64,000 nucleotides of DNA from Candidatus Latescibacterota bacterium (GCA_963707635.1 OY970173.1:128001-192000), one strand, 5' to 3'; counted from the first letter of the stretch, positions 47,754 to 61,364 are shown. Notes: a model not told the origin generated them from the letters alone. Made by a program: numbers and translations.

Positions 47754-49724
47754 CTATTTCAAGAGCACCATCTTCTTCCGTTCGACCATACCGCCTGCGA
47801 TCAGGCGATAGAAGTACACGCCGGAGGTCAACGCCGAGGCGTCGAACTCGACCGAGTGCCGGCCGGCGCCCTTCGGCCCGTCGACCAGCGTCGCCACCAG
47901 CTTGCCCGACGCGTCGAATACGTCGAGCGTGACGTCGGTCTCGTTCGTCAGTCTAAACGAGATCGTCGTGCGCGGGTTGAACGGGTTGGGGAAGTTCTGG
48001 TCCAGCGACGCAACCGCGTCCGCATCCCGCGCAGCGACTTCATCCGGCCTGCCGGCGACGATGCGCAGCTCTTCGCCCGCCACCCGCGCGCTGCTCGAGC
48101 CGCGCCAGGTGATGGCATCGATGTACACGTCGTCGTTGTTGTCGCTCGCGTCGCAGCGGAACCGGATCCTCGCGTTGGTCGGGAAGGTGTAGGTGGGCTT
48201 GCTCAACGTGATGGTCGCGATGTAGAAGGCACCGTTGTTGAAGCTCGTGCCCGCCACGTAATTCCCAACGATCTGATAGGCGGAACCGTTGTAGTACTCG
48301 ACGTAGAAGTTCTCTCCCGACTCCATGCTTTGCGCACGGAAGTAGAACTCGATCTGCTGCGTCTGGTACCCGGACACGTTGCGCGCCGTCGTCGTGTAGA
48401 ACGACGATGGCGTCCCGCTGTTGTCCTGGACGTCCGCGGCCGCCACACCCTGGTAGGCAAACGTCCCGCCGGTGTAGCGGGACATGTCGTTGCCGCCGTC
48501 GGTGTAGCTGCCCATGCCGCTTTCGAAGTTGTCGAAGGTGATGGTGGTATACCCGCCTCCGCCACCCACCGTGACGTAGGCGTTCTTGACCTCGGCATCG
48601 CTGCCGCACGCGTTGGTTGCGGTGAGCTGCACGTTGTAGGTCCCCGCGGCCGTGTACGTGTGGCTCGGGTTCTGCGCGGTCGACGTGCCACCGTCACCGA
48701 AGGCCCAGCTCCAGCTGGCCGGGCTTCCGGTCGACAGGTCGGTGAAGTTCACGGCCAGCGGAGCGGTGCCCGACGTCGGCGACCCCGAGAAATTCGCCGT
48801 CACCAGCGGCGAGCAGCCGCCACCGCCCACCATGGTGGGCCGGTACTGCGCCATCTGCTGGTCCATACGCGTCGACTGGCCCGCCGTGAACAGGTACATG
48901 CAGGCGTCGTCGGTGTAGTCCATGAAGTTCTCGATCGGATCGTTTCCCGGACTCGAGCACGTGTTGCGGCCGGTCGGACACCCGAAGGCCGCGCTCGCCT
49001 CCGCGGGCGTATCGGCGACAAAGTCGCCGTTGCCGTTACACCCGCCCTGGAAGGTGTGATACAGGCCCACGTAGTGGCCGACTTCGTGGGTCGCGGTATC
49101 GCCGAGGTTGTACGGCACCGCGGTCCCACCGGGGAACGACGAGTAGAGACACACGACCCCCGCCATCTTGCTGGTTTCGGGGTAGTCCGACGGGAAGGTC
49201 GCGTAGCCGAGCAGCCCGCCGCCGATGTTGCACGCATAGACGTTGAGCGTCGTCGCGGGGCTGATCGCCAGCGCATTCTTCATCGCCGTTTCGTTGGCCG
49301 ATCCCATCTGGTGCTGCGACCAGGCGGTGTTGTTGGTGCGATCGACGCTCGCCAGCGAGAACTGGAAGTTCGTGTTGGCATACGCCGCGTTCAGCACCGC
49401 AATCTGATCGACGATCTGCTGGTCGGTGACGTCCCACTGGCCGGTGTTGCTCCGCACGACGTGCATGGCAACCGGGATGGTCGTCATCGCAACCATGCTC
49501 GGCGCGAAGTCGGAGCGCTGATCGAGCCAGCGCAGGGTCTGCTGGTACAATTGCTCCTGTTGGGCGAGACTCGGAGTGGGCGTGCCGCAGCGATCGACGC
49601 TGACGGCCACTCCATTCTCGTTCAGATAGGTGGCGTGAGACTGCGCCGCGGGAGCCGCGGTGAGATTCGCGACGGACGTCGCGAGCAGGGCGAGGACGGC
49701 AAACACTACCAAACAGCGTTTCAT
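47754..49724 (-). CDS. M43 (ulilysin/pappalysin-like) metallopeptidase + PKD + T9SS-type tail
   Basis: RCGT pro-motif, HEVGHYVGLYHTF, NFMDY Met-turn, PKD WSWAFGDG, QNFPNPFNPRTTI. Confidence 0.92.
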   Translation of the reverse strand: MKRCLVVFAVLALLATSVANLTAAPAAQSHATYLNENGVAVSVDRCGTPTPSLAQQEQLYQQTLRWLDQRSDFAPSMVAMTTIPVAMHVVRSNTGQWDVTDQQIVDQIAVLNAAYANTNFQFSLASVDRTNNTAWSQHQMGSANETAMKNALAISPATTLNVYACNIGGGLLGYATFPSDYPETSKMAGVVCLYSSFPGGTAVPYNLGDTATHEVGHYVGLYHTFQGGCNGNGDFVADTPAEASAAFGCPTGRNTCSSPGNDPIENFMDYTDDACMYLFTAGQSTRMDQQMAQYRPTMVGGGGCSPLVTANFSGSPTSGTAPLAVNFTDLSTGSPASWSWAFGDGGTSTAQNPSHTYTAAGTYNVQLTATNACGSDAEVKNAYVTVGGGGGYTTITFDNFESGMGSYTDGGNDMSRYTGGTFAYQGVAAADVQDNSGTPSSFYTTTARNVSGYQTQQIEFYFRAQSMESGENFYVEYYNGSAYQIVGNYVAGTSFNNGAFYIATITLSKPTYTFPTNARIRFRCDASDNNDDVYIDAITWRGSSSARVAGEELRIVAGRPDEVAARDADAVASLDQNFPNPFNPRTTISFRLTNETDVTLDVFDASGKLVATLVDGPKGAGRHSVEFDASALTSGVYFYRLIAGGMVERKKMVLLK

Positions 49725-50051
49725 GGGGACTCCCTTTTCGTGAAAGGTGAACGCTTTCGGCCCTATGCCTGATCCGCGCCGCGCGTAACGTCCGGCGACG
49801 CGGACACCCGAATTATGTTCTTGAGAGACCCGGAGAAGAACTGCTCCCCTCATCTCCCGGTGCCCTTGCCTGGCGGAGTCGAAAGGGTAGCAACCCCGGC
49901 ATTGGGGATGCAATAGGACTTTTGTATCGCCCGCCGGCCGGCGACCCGGTGGCAGGTGGACAACGATAGATGGTAAACTGAACACGAGTTCGTACCGGCA
50001 GGACGGGCCGGAAGCCGTGGACAGTCATGCCTTTGTCGACGCTGTGCTCAA

Positions 50052-51893
50052 ATGAGTTTGTGCCGGATCACGCTGCTGGTCGTCGCTTCCCTGCTATGGC
50101 TCCCCCGACACCCCTTCGCCCAGCCCTGGCGGTTCGCTGACGTCACCATCGACGCCGGCCTTGCGTACGAGCACGGCTTCACCACCCCACGCGTGTCGGT
50201 CCGCCGCATGCTTCTCGCCGGAGTCGCCACCGGCGACTATGACAACGACGGCTGGGTGGACCTCTACGCCATCCGCGGCGACATCGGCCCCAACCTGCTC
50301 TTCCGGAACACGCACGACGGACGCTTCGAAGAAGTCGGCGCCGCGGCCGGTGTGGCCGTCGACGGCGCGATCGAGAGCGGCGCGCTATTCGCCGACTTCG
50401 ACGGAGACGGGTGGCTCGACCTGTTCGTCGGTGGCATGGAGGACACTCCCAACCTGTTGTTCCGAAACGCCGGCGACGGGACCTTCGTCGACGCAACGGC
50501 CGCCTCCGGGCTGGTCATGAATCTCGACACGTTTTCGGCGACGGCTGGAGACTACGACCGCGACGGCGACCTGGACCTCTTCCTCGCCCACTGGGATGTT
50601 CCCATGCAGAACTCCCATCTGTGGATGAACGACGGTGCCGGGTCGTTCGTCTGCGTGGACGCCGCCGCCGGTCTCCACAACCTCGGTAATGGAACACGGG
50701 ACTTCACCTTCACCGGCAACTTCGCCGACATCGATGCCGACGGCTGGCCGGACCTTCTCGTGGCCGGCGACTTCGGCACCTCGCGCGTGTTCATGAATAG
50801 TCGGGATGGCACCTTTCGGGACGCCACCACGAGCGTGATTTCGGACGAAAACGGGATGGGTGCCGCGATCGGCGACTACGACAATGACGGGGATTTCGAC
50901 TGGTTCGTGTCCTCGATCTGGGAAGACTCGCTCCGTTCCGGCGACGCATGGGGCATCACCGGTAACCGGATGTATCGAAATCGCGGCGACGGATCCTTCG
51001 AGGACGTCACCGACGAAACTGGTGTGCGGCGCGGATTCTGGGGCTGGGGCAGCGTGTTCGCCGACTTCAACAACGACGGTCATCTCGACCTGTATCACGT
51101 GAACGGCTACCCGTTCGAAGACGATTTCTTCCTCAACGATCCCGCGCGACTGTTCGTCTCCGACGGCGACGGTAGGTTCGACGAGCGCTCGGCGGAACTG
51201 GGCGCGGACCTCACGGGCCAGGGTCGCGGGGTCGTGTGCTTCGACTTCGACCGCGACGGCGATCTGGATATCTTCGTCGCCAACCACTTTCAGGCGCCGG
51301 TGCTGCTGCGCAACGACGGCGGCAACGCGCAGTCGTACCTGTCGCTCCTGCTGCGCGGCACCCAACCGAATACGCAGGCGATCGGCGCGCGGGTGCGCGT
51401 GGAGGCTGGCGGGAGCGCGCAGCTGCGCGAGGTGGGCGCGGGAAGCAACTACCTGTCCCAGAATCCGGCGGACATTCACGTCGGTCTGGGCGTCGCGAGC
51501 CGGGCGGATCGCGTCACCATCGCCTGGCCGGACGGGACGGTCACCGTCCTGGAGAATATCGCCGTGAATCAGCGCCTGGTGGTGGACCAGCCAGGACCCG
51601 GCGTCGGCACACCGCCGCCGGACCGTCGAGCCCTGCGCATTCTCGGGAGCCAGCCGAACCCATTTGCGGGCGAGACCGTGGTTCACTTCGACGCCGCGGG
51701 CAGCACCGACGTCACCACCACGGTCTACGACGTCGCCGGCCGCAGGATTCGACGGTTGGGCGCCTCCGATTCGGGCACGGTGCGTTGGGACGGCCGCAAT
51801 GACAGCGGCGCCCGCGTCGCGAGCGGCATCTACCTGCTTCGCGTCGAGAGTTCGCGCGGCAACGATTCGGTCCGCGTCGTGCTGGTCCGCTGA
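50052..51893 (+). CDS. CRTAC1-like FG-GAP + ASPIC/UnbV protein with FlgD-Ig tail
   Basis: Repeated GDYDNDGxxDL motifs, AIGARV...GSNYLSQ...HVGLG, SQPNPF. Confidence 0.9.
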   Translation: MSLCRITLLVVASLLWLPRHPFAQPWRFADVTIDAGLAYEHGFTTPRVSVRRMLLAGVATGDYDNDGWVDLYAIRGDIGPNLLFRNTHDGRFEEVGAAAGVAVDGAIESGALFADFDGDGWLDLFVGGMEDTPNLLFRNAGDGTFVDATAASGLVMNLDTFSATAGDYDRDGDLDLFLAHWDVPMQNSHLWMNDGAGSFVCVDAAAGLHNLGNGTRDFTFTGNFADIDADGWPDLLVAGDFGTSRVFMNSRDGTFRDATTSVISDENGMGAAIGDYDNDGDFDWFVSSIWEDSLRSGDAWGITGNRMYRNRGDGSFEDVTDETGVRRGFWGWGSVFADFNNDGHLDLYHVNGYPFEDDFFLNDPARLFVSDGDGRFDERSAELGADLTGQGRGVVCFDFDRDGDLDIFVANHFQAPVLLRNDGGNAQSYLSLLLRGTQPNTQAIGARVRVEAGGSAQLREVGAGSNYLSQNPADIHVGLGVASRADRVTIAWPDGTVTVLENIAVNQRLVVDQPGPGVGTPPPDRRALRILGSQPNPFAGETVVHFDAAGSTDVTTTVYDVAGRRIRRLGASDSGTVRWDGRNDSGARVASGIYLLRVESSRGNDSVRVVLVR

Positions 51894-52077
51894 AAACCGC
51901 GCACGAGGGAAGCATCGGGTATCACAGGGAACCATCGGAACAAAATCAAAGGCGCGCCAATCCATGCGTGGAAACGATACGGACGTTGGTGCTAGAATGA
52001 TGCACACGCTAAATTCACATCTCCACCGTGGAGACGTGCCTCGTCGGCAGTACCCCAACGTAACGAGTTGATGCATC

Positions 52078-53659
52078 ATGCTCCTCAGGCGTTCGCAGCG
52101 ATGGTGTTCCCTTTTCTCCCTGTGCGTTCTTGCCATGGTTTCCGCGTCGTGCGGCACCGGCGGTGATCCCGTCGCGCCGCCGGACATCCACAGCCGCACC
52201 GCCGTCAACGGCGGCAATCTCGTCGGCACGTGGACCGCGATGAACAGCGGCACGACCGAGCTGCTCTGGGGTGTCTCGGGCTCGACCGAGCACGAAGTGA
52301 TCGCGGTCGGCACGCGCGGCACGGCGATTCATCTCGCCGCCGAGACGTGGGAGGGTAAGGCCACGGGAACGGCGCGCGATCTCTGCGACGTGTGGGGGGC
52401 GTCCGACGGACGCGCCATTGCGGTCGGGACCGGCGGAACGGCGCTCGTCTACGACGGTTCGCAGTGGAGCGCCAGGACGAGCGGGACAGGACTCGGCCTG
52501 TACGACGCGGCGGGCTTCGATGGCTTCGAAGCGGTGGCCGTGGGCGACTCCGGGACGATTCTACATTTCGACGGCACCGGTTGGTCGCGGATGACGAGCG
52601 GCACCGACGTGAGCCTCTTCAGCGTATGGGGTAGCTCACCTGACGATATTTTCGCGGTTGGCGTCGGCGGGACCATCGTTCACTACGACGGCAGCGAGTG
52701 GGGTTTCATGGACACCCCCACGCCGCAGAACCTCTCGGCGGTCTGGGGCACCGCGAGCGACAACGTGTGGGCGATCGGCGACGAGGGCACCATCATTCAT
52801 TACGACGGCGCGGCGTGGGCGCCTGTGACCAACGGCGTCGCGCGCAGCCTCGTCGCGGGCAACTTCTATGACGTCTGGGGCAGCGCGGCGGTGAGACATC
52901 TGGGTCGTGGGCAAGAACGGGACGATTCTCCACTCCGACGGCAGCGCGTGGAGTGTGGTCACCAGCGGCACCACCGAAGACCTGTTCGGCGTGTGGGGGC
53001 GTTCCGCGACCGAGGTCTACGCCGTCGGCGCGAACGGGACCGTGCTTCGCTTCGGACCGGAGACCCGTTCCGCTGACCTCGCGGAGTGGTTGTGCCACGA
53101 CCACCCCAACGGAGCCGTCGCGCCGCCGCTCTACGGGCTTCGGATCGACGACCTGCTCGGAGATGGCAACTACACCTTCAGCTTCGACTACGCCGACGAG
53201 ACCGGGAGCGCGCGCGTCATCCTGAGCTACGACGAGTCGGCCGGATCGATACACATCACCGGACGAGCCTACGGCGGACGCGTCGAGAACGACGCCTGGT
53301 CCACTTCGTCGCGCGGTTGGATCGACATCGACTTCACCTACACGAGCAACCTCGCGGTGAAGGACGATTGCGGAGCGCTCTCGGGCGATGATCTGTACAT
53401 CACCGGTGAAGCCGCGGCCAACCACGGAACCATCGCGCTCGACGGCTGGGGCGGGAATCTCGTCTTCGAGTGCACCGACCGCTCGGGCGAAGGCGGCGGG
53501 TGCTCGTTCCTCTTCGACAACGACTACGACTCGAAGGGCAACGCCCAGATCGCGGACGACCTGTCGATCTGGTCGGCATCGGGATGGCTCGAGCCGCACG
53601 TGGGCGGGTCGAGGGACTGGCTCTTCATCGCCGAGAAGATCTCCGTGCCGGCGCAATAG
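52078..53659 (+). pseudogene. Lipoprotein with seven VWG-type propeller repeats + C-terminal domain, frameshift near 52892
   Basis: Lipobox SASC; ~39-aa repeats continue across two frames (FYDVWGSAA / DIWVVGKNGTILH). Confidence 0.75.
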
Positions 53660-53692
53660 CGCCGGCGCGGGCCGGTCAGGAACGGGCGGGCG

Positions 53693-55612
53693 CTAGCGCA
53701 CGAGCACGAGCTTCCGGCTGACGGCACCGGCGCCGCGAAACTCGAGCCGCACGAAGTAGACGCCGGAGGTCACGTCGCGGCCTCCATCGTCGCGGCCGTC
53801 CCAGGCCAGCGTGTGCTCGCCGCGCGCGCGATGCCCGCGGAAGAGGCTTCTGACGCGGTGGCCGGCCGCGTCGTACACCGCCACCGTGTGCTCGCCCCCC
53901 TCCGTGAACGTGGCATACTCGATGTGGACCTCGCGGCCGAAGGGATTCGGCCACGCGTTGCGCAGGGCCCCGGCTGCGTCGGGCACACGATCTCCCACAC
54001 CCGCCGGGGCGCCATCGCGAAGCTCGTAGAAGTAGACGAACGCGGAGGCCAGCGCCTCCTCGAACTCCGCCTCGTAGTTACCCGGAAAATAGCCAAGCAT
54101 GCCGAACGCGTTCTGCACGCTGGCCAGGTTCGCCAGGAAGTAGTTGGCGGCGGCGGTTCGCGTCGCCGATCCGCTCTGCGGCGCGGAGCCGGTGTGGCCG
54201 GCGGCGGCCCCGGTCTCTTCGAGATAGAGCGGCGAGGTCTGCGCAAACAATCCTCCCGCGCTCACGACGTGCCAGCCGGAAGCCGTGCCGGTCACCCGCG
54301 CCACCACCCAGGTGATTCCGTCGGGATCGAACTGGAACGAGGATGTGAACGTCTTCGCGGGCCCGCCGGGAGGCATCAGCACCGCCAGCGTTCCCGTGTC
54401 TCCGATGATCTCCACCCGAGAGATGGGCAGGCTGCACGTGACCTCGACGTTTCCCTGCAGCACGGATCCGTCGTGCGTGACGATGTCTCCGGGGCCGGCG
54501 CCATCGAGATCGAAGTGCGTGAACAGCGGATAGTTGGTAACGAATGAGTGTCCCGCCTTGAAGCCAGCAATCCAGGAGTCCATGGACAACGCGGATTGCG
54601 GCTGCACGTACACGCGGTACCCCCCGGCCGGACCCGAGACGCCGCTTCCAAGCGAGCAATCGGTGCCCGCCGACGAGGGAATACGAAAGCCCGCGTTGAG
54701 CGCCTGAAAATACGGCGCCGTCCCCTGCGGGGGCGGCGCGCTCCAGAAGCTCAACAGATCGATCGCGTCGACCGCCCCGGCGGGAAGGTCTAACGCCATG
54801 CCCCGCCACATCCCGCCCCCCGGCCATTGCGTGACATCGTACAGGTTGAAGGTCGTGAACGGATGGGCGGCGATTACCGCGACTTCCCCGGGTTGGGAGT
54901 GAACGGCCGCATAGATGGATGCGTCGGGCATCCGCCCGCACGCGACCCCCGGGCCGGGGCAGCTGTCCGGGTCGGTGATCCACTGCTTGAGCCCGAGAAT
55001 GGCGAGGTGCGAGTAGTGCGAGTTGCGCTGCTCCTTGCTGAAATAAATGATGCGATCGGCCTGGCTCACGGGGTGAACGGCTCCCGTGAAATAGGGCTGC
55101 TCCTCCATCGAATTGATGACGTTGAGATCCTCGCCCTTCGCGACCCGCAGCAGGTCGGTTGCGCCGAGCGCGTACGCGACCGGCGGGTGCGAGATATGGA
55201 CGTGCGTGTCACCCGAGTACCAGCCGAGGGCGTTCATGTCGACACGTCGGTGCAACGTGACCGTCACCGACGCCGGAGCGCCGACCACGATCACGGTATC
55301 CACCGACTCGTACTCGAATCCACGCCCCGCGCGCACGGACACCGATCCGGCGGGGACGTCGACCGTGACCGGACCGTCGGCGTAGAAGTAGCTCGAGGTC
55401 TCGCGCTCCTGGTAGATGCGCGCGGCGGCGTCCTGCGGCGGCCAGGAGGTCGCGCCCGTGAATACTCCGGCGCGCACCACCACCGGAAGCCCGGTGGCGC
55501 CGTCGCGGAACTGGAGGGTGAGCGGAACCAATGCTCCGGCCGCCGGCATGGCCGGCAACCCCGCCATGCCCGCGGCGGCAAGTACAGCAAGAATAAGAAC
55601 GTTGCGGCGCAC
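53693..55612 (-). CDS. CehA/McbA-like PHP metallohydrolase with FlgD-Ig tail
   Basis: GWYSGDTHVH, AHP, LNAGFRIPSSAGTD, RVYV, SFVTNYP; NAWPNPF. Confidence 0.8.
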   Translation of the reverse strand: MRRNVLILAVLAAAGMAGLPAMPAAGALVPLTLQFRDGATGLPVVVRAGVFTGATSWPPQDAAARIYQERETSSYFYADGPVTVDVPAGSVSVRAGRGFEYESVDTVIVVGAPASVTVTLHRRVDMNALGWYSGDTHVHISHPPVAYALGATDLLRVAKGEDLNVINSMEEQPYFTGAVHPVSQADRIIYFSKEQRNSHYSHLAILGLKQWITDPDSCPGPGVACGRMPDASIYAAVHSQPGEVAVIAAHPFTTFNLYDVTQWPGGGMWRGMALDLPAGAVDAIDLLSFWSAPPPQGTAPYFQALNAGFRIPSSAGTDCSLGSGVSGPAGGYRVYVQPQSALSMDSWIAGFKAGHSFVTNYPLFTHFDLDGAGPGDIVTHDGSVLQGNVEVTCSLPISRVEIIGDTGTLAVLMPPGGPAKTFTSSFQFDPDGITWVVARVTGTASGWHVVSAGGLFAQTSPLYLEETGAAAGHTGSAPQSGSATRTAAANYFLANLASVQNAFGMLGYFPGNYEAEFEEALASAFVYFYELRDGAPAGVGDRVPDAAGALRNAWPNPFGREVHIEYATFTEGGEHTVAVYDAAGHRVRSLFRGHRARGEHTLAWDGRDDGGRDVTSGVYFVRLEFRGAGAVSRKLVLVR

Positions 55613-55701
55613 TGTGTCGGACTCCCCGCCCAAGTGTGCAGTCAAACGAGAGGTGGGGAAACTGCGCGGCGAGTTTAGCAGCTTTTGGCTATGATTGAGG
55701 C

Positions 55702-56834
55702 ATGAATCGGGCTGTGGCATCCGCTGCCGTGTACCTGTGCGCGGTATTGGTCGCGCCGCCGCGAGCCACGGCCAGCGACGAAACGTGGCCGCAGGAGCGG
55801 TTTTTCTATCGAGGACTCTCCTACGGGTCGGACGCCACCTTCCACCCGATCAGCGAAGTCATCAACGGAGCGTTCGGGATTCTCCAGGTCTCGAGCAACT
55901 GGGTCCCGCTCGACCAGATCGACTGGCGCCAGGGACTGGATGTGACGTGGGAGAGCATCACGCACCCGGTCCGCACGGTGGATGCGTACGGTCAAACCGA
56001 ATTCCTGACCGACGAGCTCGTGCCCGGCAAACTCGGATGGAGCGAGCTGCAGTGGGTGCCCAACTACAGTTTGCACTTGATCGGCGGCGGGGCCCGAAAC
56101 CGCGCCTTCACCGAGTGGTATGACGCGCACGATTTCGCGGCGCCCGCGGTCTGGGCCTGGGGAACGACGATGTTCCACGCGATCGCGGTGGAAACGGTCG
56201 AGCACTATGGAAAGTCGCGACCGACCGTGGACCCGGTGGCCGACATGCTCCTCTTCGACCCCGCCGGCGCGCTTCTGTTCACCAGCGATCACGTCGCGAG
56301 GTTCTTCTCTCACACACTCAACATGGCGATCTGGTCCGGGCAGCCCGTGTACAACCCGGTGGTCAACACGTTCGAGAATGCGGGAGAGAACTACGGGCTG
56401 CACTTCTTCTTCAGCGACCGGCACCGGGTGGGGATCTTCTCGTACTGGGGGATGACGCACCTGCTGGGCGTCACCGTGCGCGGCGGAGAGTTGTTCGACT
56501 GGTCGGTCGGTCTGGGCGGGGTGGCGAACGAGCTTCGCGAGCAGGATCAGGGCAACGTCTCGGGCTCCGTCTACGCGCGCATCAAGCTCGACGCCGGCGC
56601 CTTCATCCACCGTAACGGCTCGCTGCTGGCCTCGGTCCAGGTCTCGCAGGCGTGGTTGCAGACCTTCCGCATGACAGTTTATCCGGGGTTGTTCACCGTC
56701 GGCGGGTTGTCGACCGGGTTCTACACGCGCAAAAATACTAGCAATTGGCAAGCGACACCGGAATTCGCGGCGACGATGTGATCGTGGGTGTGAGTCTCTC
56801 CCGCTTCCCGATCGGCCTGGCGGTTTCGAACTAG
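55702..56834 (+). CDS. Secreted/outer-membrane hypothetical protein, interrupted near the 3' end by a 32-nt insertion
   Basis: Signal peptide, aromatic alternating strands; as written stops at 56781, but reads to 56834 without 56727-56758. Confidence 0.7.
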
Positions 56835-56859
56835 GCGCGCTGCCGTATCCGTCCGCGTA

Positions 56860-59196
<2,337 letters not shown>

Positions 59197-59288
59197 GGGA
59201 CGACGGCGTTCGAGGTTGCTCACGCTGCGTGACAGGAACCTGGAGGCTACCTGAAACCCGCTGGCCACGCAAGCGAGCTGCCGCTCCC

Positions 59289-59303
59289 CGGCACACGAAT
59301 TGC
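59289..59303 (+). promoter_or_regulatory. sigma54 promoter of SBBP-repeat gene
   Basis: CGGCACACGAATTGC, close to TGGCAC-N5-TTGC. Confidence 0.65.
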
Positions 59304-59384
59304 CCTCTACCACCTGCTCAACAGAACTGACCACAAACTGGTCGATTAGTGACCGTAGGCGCTGGTGTTTTTTGGAGGTGCTCC

Positions 59385-61307
59385 GTGGGCAAACGGGTTT
59401 TCTTCTTATGCTTGGCAGTCGGGGTCTTCTCCGCTTCGGCGTCACTGCATGCGGCTCCGATTCACCAGTGGAGCAAGCGCTTCGGAACGGCTCTCAACCA
59501 GATCGGTAACGGCGTAGCCACCGACGGCTCCTACAACGTCATCGTGACCGGCGAATTGAACGGCACCGCCGACTTCGGCGGGGGCCCGCTCACCAGCGGG
59601 GGGAACGCGGACGTCTTCCTCGCGAAGTTCGACATCAACGGCGCCCACCTCTGGAGCAAGCGCTTCGGAGGCGCCCTCAACCAGATCGGCTATTCCGTGG
59701 CGGCGAACGCGTCGGGCGGCATCGCCATCACCGGCGACCTCAACGGCACGGCGGATTTCGGGGGCGGCCTCCTCACGAGCGCGGGCAACACCGACGTCTT
59801 CGTCGCAAGGTTCGACGCCGGAGGCACTCATTCGTGGAGCAAACGCTTCGGGGACGCCACCGTCCAGACCGGCACGTCGGTAGCGATGGACGGCGCGGGC
59901 AACGTGATCGTCACGGGTGAGCTCAGCGGCACGGCCGACTTCGGCGGCGGCCCGCTCACGAGCGCGGGTGGTGTGGACGTCTTCGTCGCGAAATTCGACG
60001 CCAGCGGCAACCATCTCTGGAGCAAGCGCTACGGCGCCGCGTCCGACCAGCTGTGCAATTCGGTCGACGTGGACGGCTCCGGCAACATATTCATCACCGG
60101 CGAATTGAACGGGACGACCGATTTCGGAGGCGGGCCCCTCACCAGCGCCGGCAACACCGATATCTTCCTGGTGAAGATCGACGCCAATGGCAACCATGTC
60201 TGGAGCAAGAGCTTCGGGGCAACCCAATCGCAGATCTGCTACGCGGTGTCGACGGACGGGCCGGGCAACGCCGTCATCGTCGGCGAGCTCCGCGGCACGA
60301 CCGACTTCGGAGGAGGCGTGCTCACCAGCGCAGGCGCTGCCGATATCTTCGTCGTCAAGTTCGACACCAACGGCAACCATCTCTGGAGCAAACGTTTCGG
60401 GGCGGCCGGCAACCAGAGCGGGTTCTCCGTCGTGGGCTATGGGTCCGGCGGCGTGGCCATCACCGGGCAATTCTCGGGCACCACGGATTTCGGCGGCGGG
60501 CCGCTCACCAGCGCGGGTGGCCAGGACGCCTTTCTCGTGAAGTTGGATGCCGGTGGGAACCATCTGTGGAGTCAGCGGTTTGGCGACCCCCAGACCGAGA
60601 CCGGCTATTCCGTTGCGGTGGACGGCTGGGGCGACGTGGTCTTCACCGGCCGTTTTGCCGGGGTCATCAATTTTGGCGGTGCGCCGCTCACGAGCGCGGG
60701 TGGTTACGACGCGTTCCTCACGAAGTTCATCGACGAGAACCTCGTGCCGGTGCTCTTCACGCGTTTCGAAGCGAGCAACCGGGACGGGGACGTCGAGATC
60801 ACCTGGGACGTCTCGAGCGACGAAGCGCTCACCCGTTTCACCCTCTACCGACGCGACGACGCGCACCCGCAGGCAATCGCGCTGGTGCAGGGCGTCGTCG
60901 AGCCGATGACGCGCTCGTACCTCGACGCGCGCGTCGAGCCGGGGCACACGTATCATTATGAGCTCGTAGTCGAGACGCGGGACGGCGACGAGTTCCGCTC
61001 CCCGGTGGCAACCGTGACTGTCGGGCGCATCCTGGCGGTGCTCGGTCAGAACTTCCCGAACCCGTTCAATCCGGCCACGACGATCGAGTACACGGTCACG
61101 GAACGAACGCGGTTGGCCCTGGAGATCTACGACGTAACCGGAAGTCTGGTCGTTCGCCTCGACCAGGGCGTGCGCGACGCCGGCACCTACCGCGTCAAGT
61201 GGGAAGGCCGCGACGGTTCCGGCCTTCCAGTCGGAAGCGGCGTATACTTCTACCGGTTGGAGGGCGTGCCGCGCCTTGGGCTGAAAAAGATGATCCTGGT
61301 GAAGTAG
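59385..61307 (+). CDS. Secreted SBBP-type seven-bladed propeller protein with FlgD-Ig/T9SS-type tail
   Basis: Seven 61-aa WSKRFG...DFGGGPLTSAG repeats; QNFPNPFNPATTI. Confidence 0.88.
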   Translation: MGKRVFFLCLAVGVFSASASLHAAPIHQWSKRFGTALNQIGNGVATDGSYNVIVTGELNGTADFGGGPLTSGGNADVFLAKFDINGAHLWSKRFGGALNQIGYSVAANASGGIAITGDLNGTADFGGGLLTSAGNTDVFVARFDAGGTHSWSKRFGDATVQTGTSVAMDGAGNVIVTGELSGTADFGGGPLTSAGGVDVFVAKFDASGNHLWSKRYGAASDQLCNSVDVDGSGNIFITGELNGTTDFGGGPLTSAGNTDIFLVKIDANGNHVWSKSFGATQSQICYAVSTDGPGNAVIVGELRGTTDFGGGVLTSAGAADIFVVKFDTNGNHLWSKRFGAAGNQSGFSVVGYGSGGVAITGQFSGTTDFGGGPLTSAGGQDAFLVKLDAGGNHLWSQRFGDPQTETGYSVAVDGWGDVVFTGRFAGVINFGGAPLTSAGGYDAFLTKFIDENLVPVLFTRFEASNRDGDVEITWDVSSDEALTRFTLYRRDDAHPQAIALVQGVVEPMTRSYLDARVEPGHTYHYELVVETRDGDEFRSPVATVTVGRILAVLGQNFPNPFNPATTIEYTVTERTRLALEIYDVTGSLVVRLDQGVRDAGTYRVKWEGRDGSGLPVGSGVYFYRLEGVPRLGLKKMILVK

Positions 61308-61364
61308 GGAATAGCGTACACTGCTGCGTCCAAGGAGCCGGGACATGGTTCCGGACCGAGGACG

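Noticed and set aside
59469..60730. Diversity-generating retroelement or nucleotide array
   Set aside because: Ordinary in-frame protein repeats; no reverse transcriptase or non-coding template copy.
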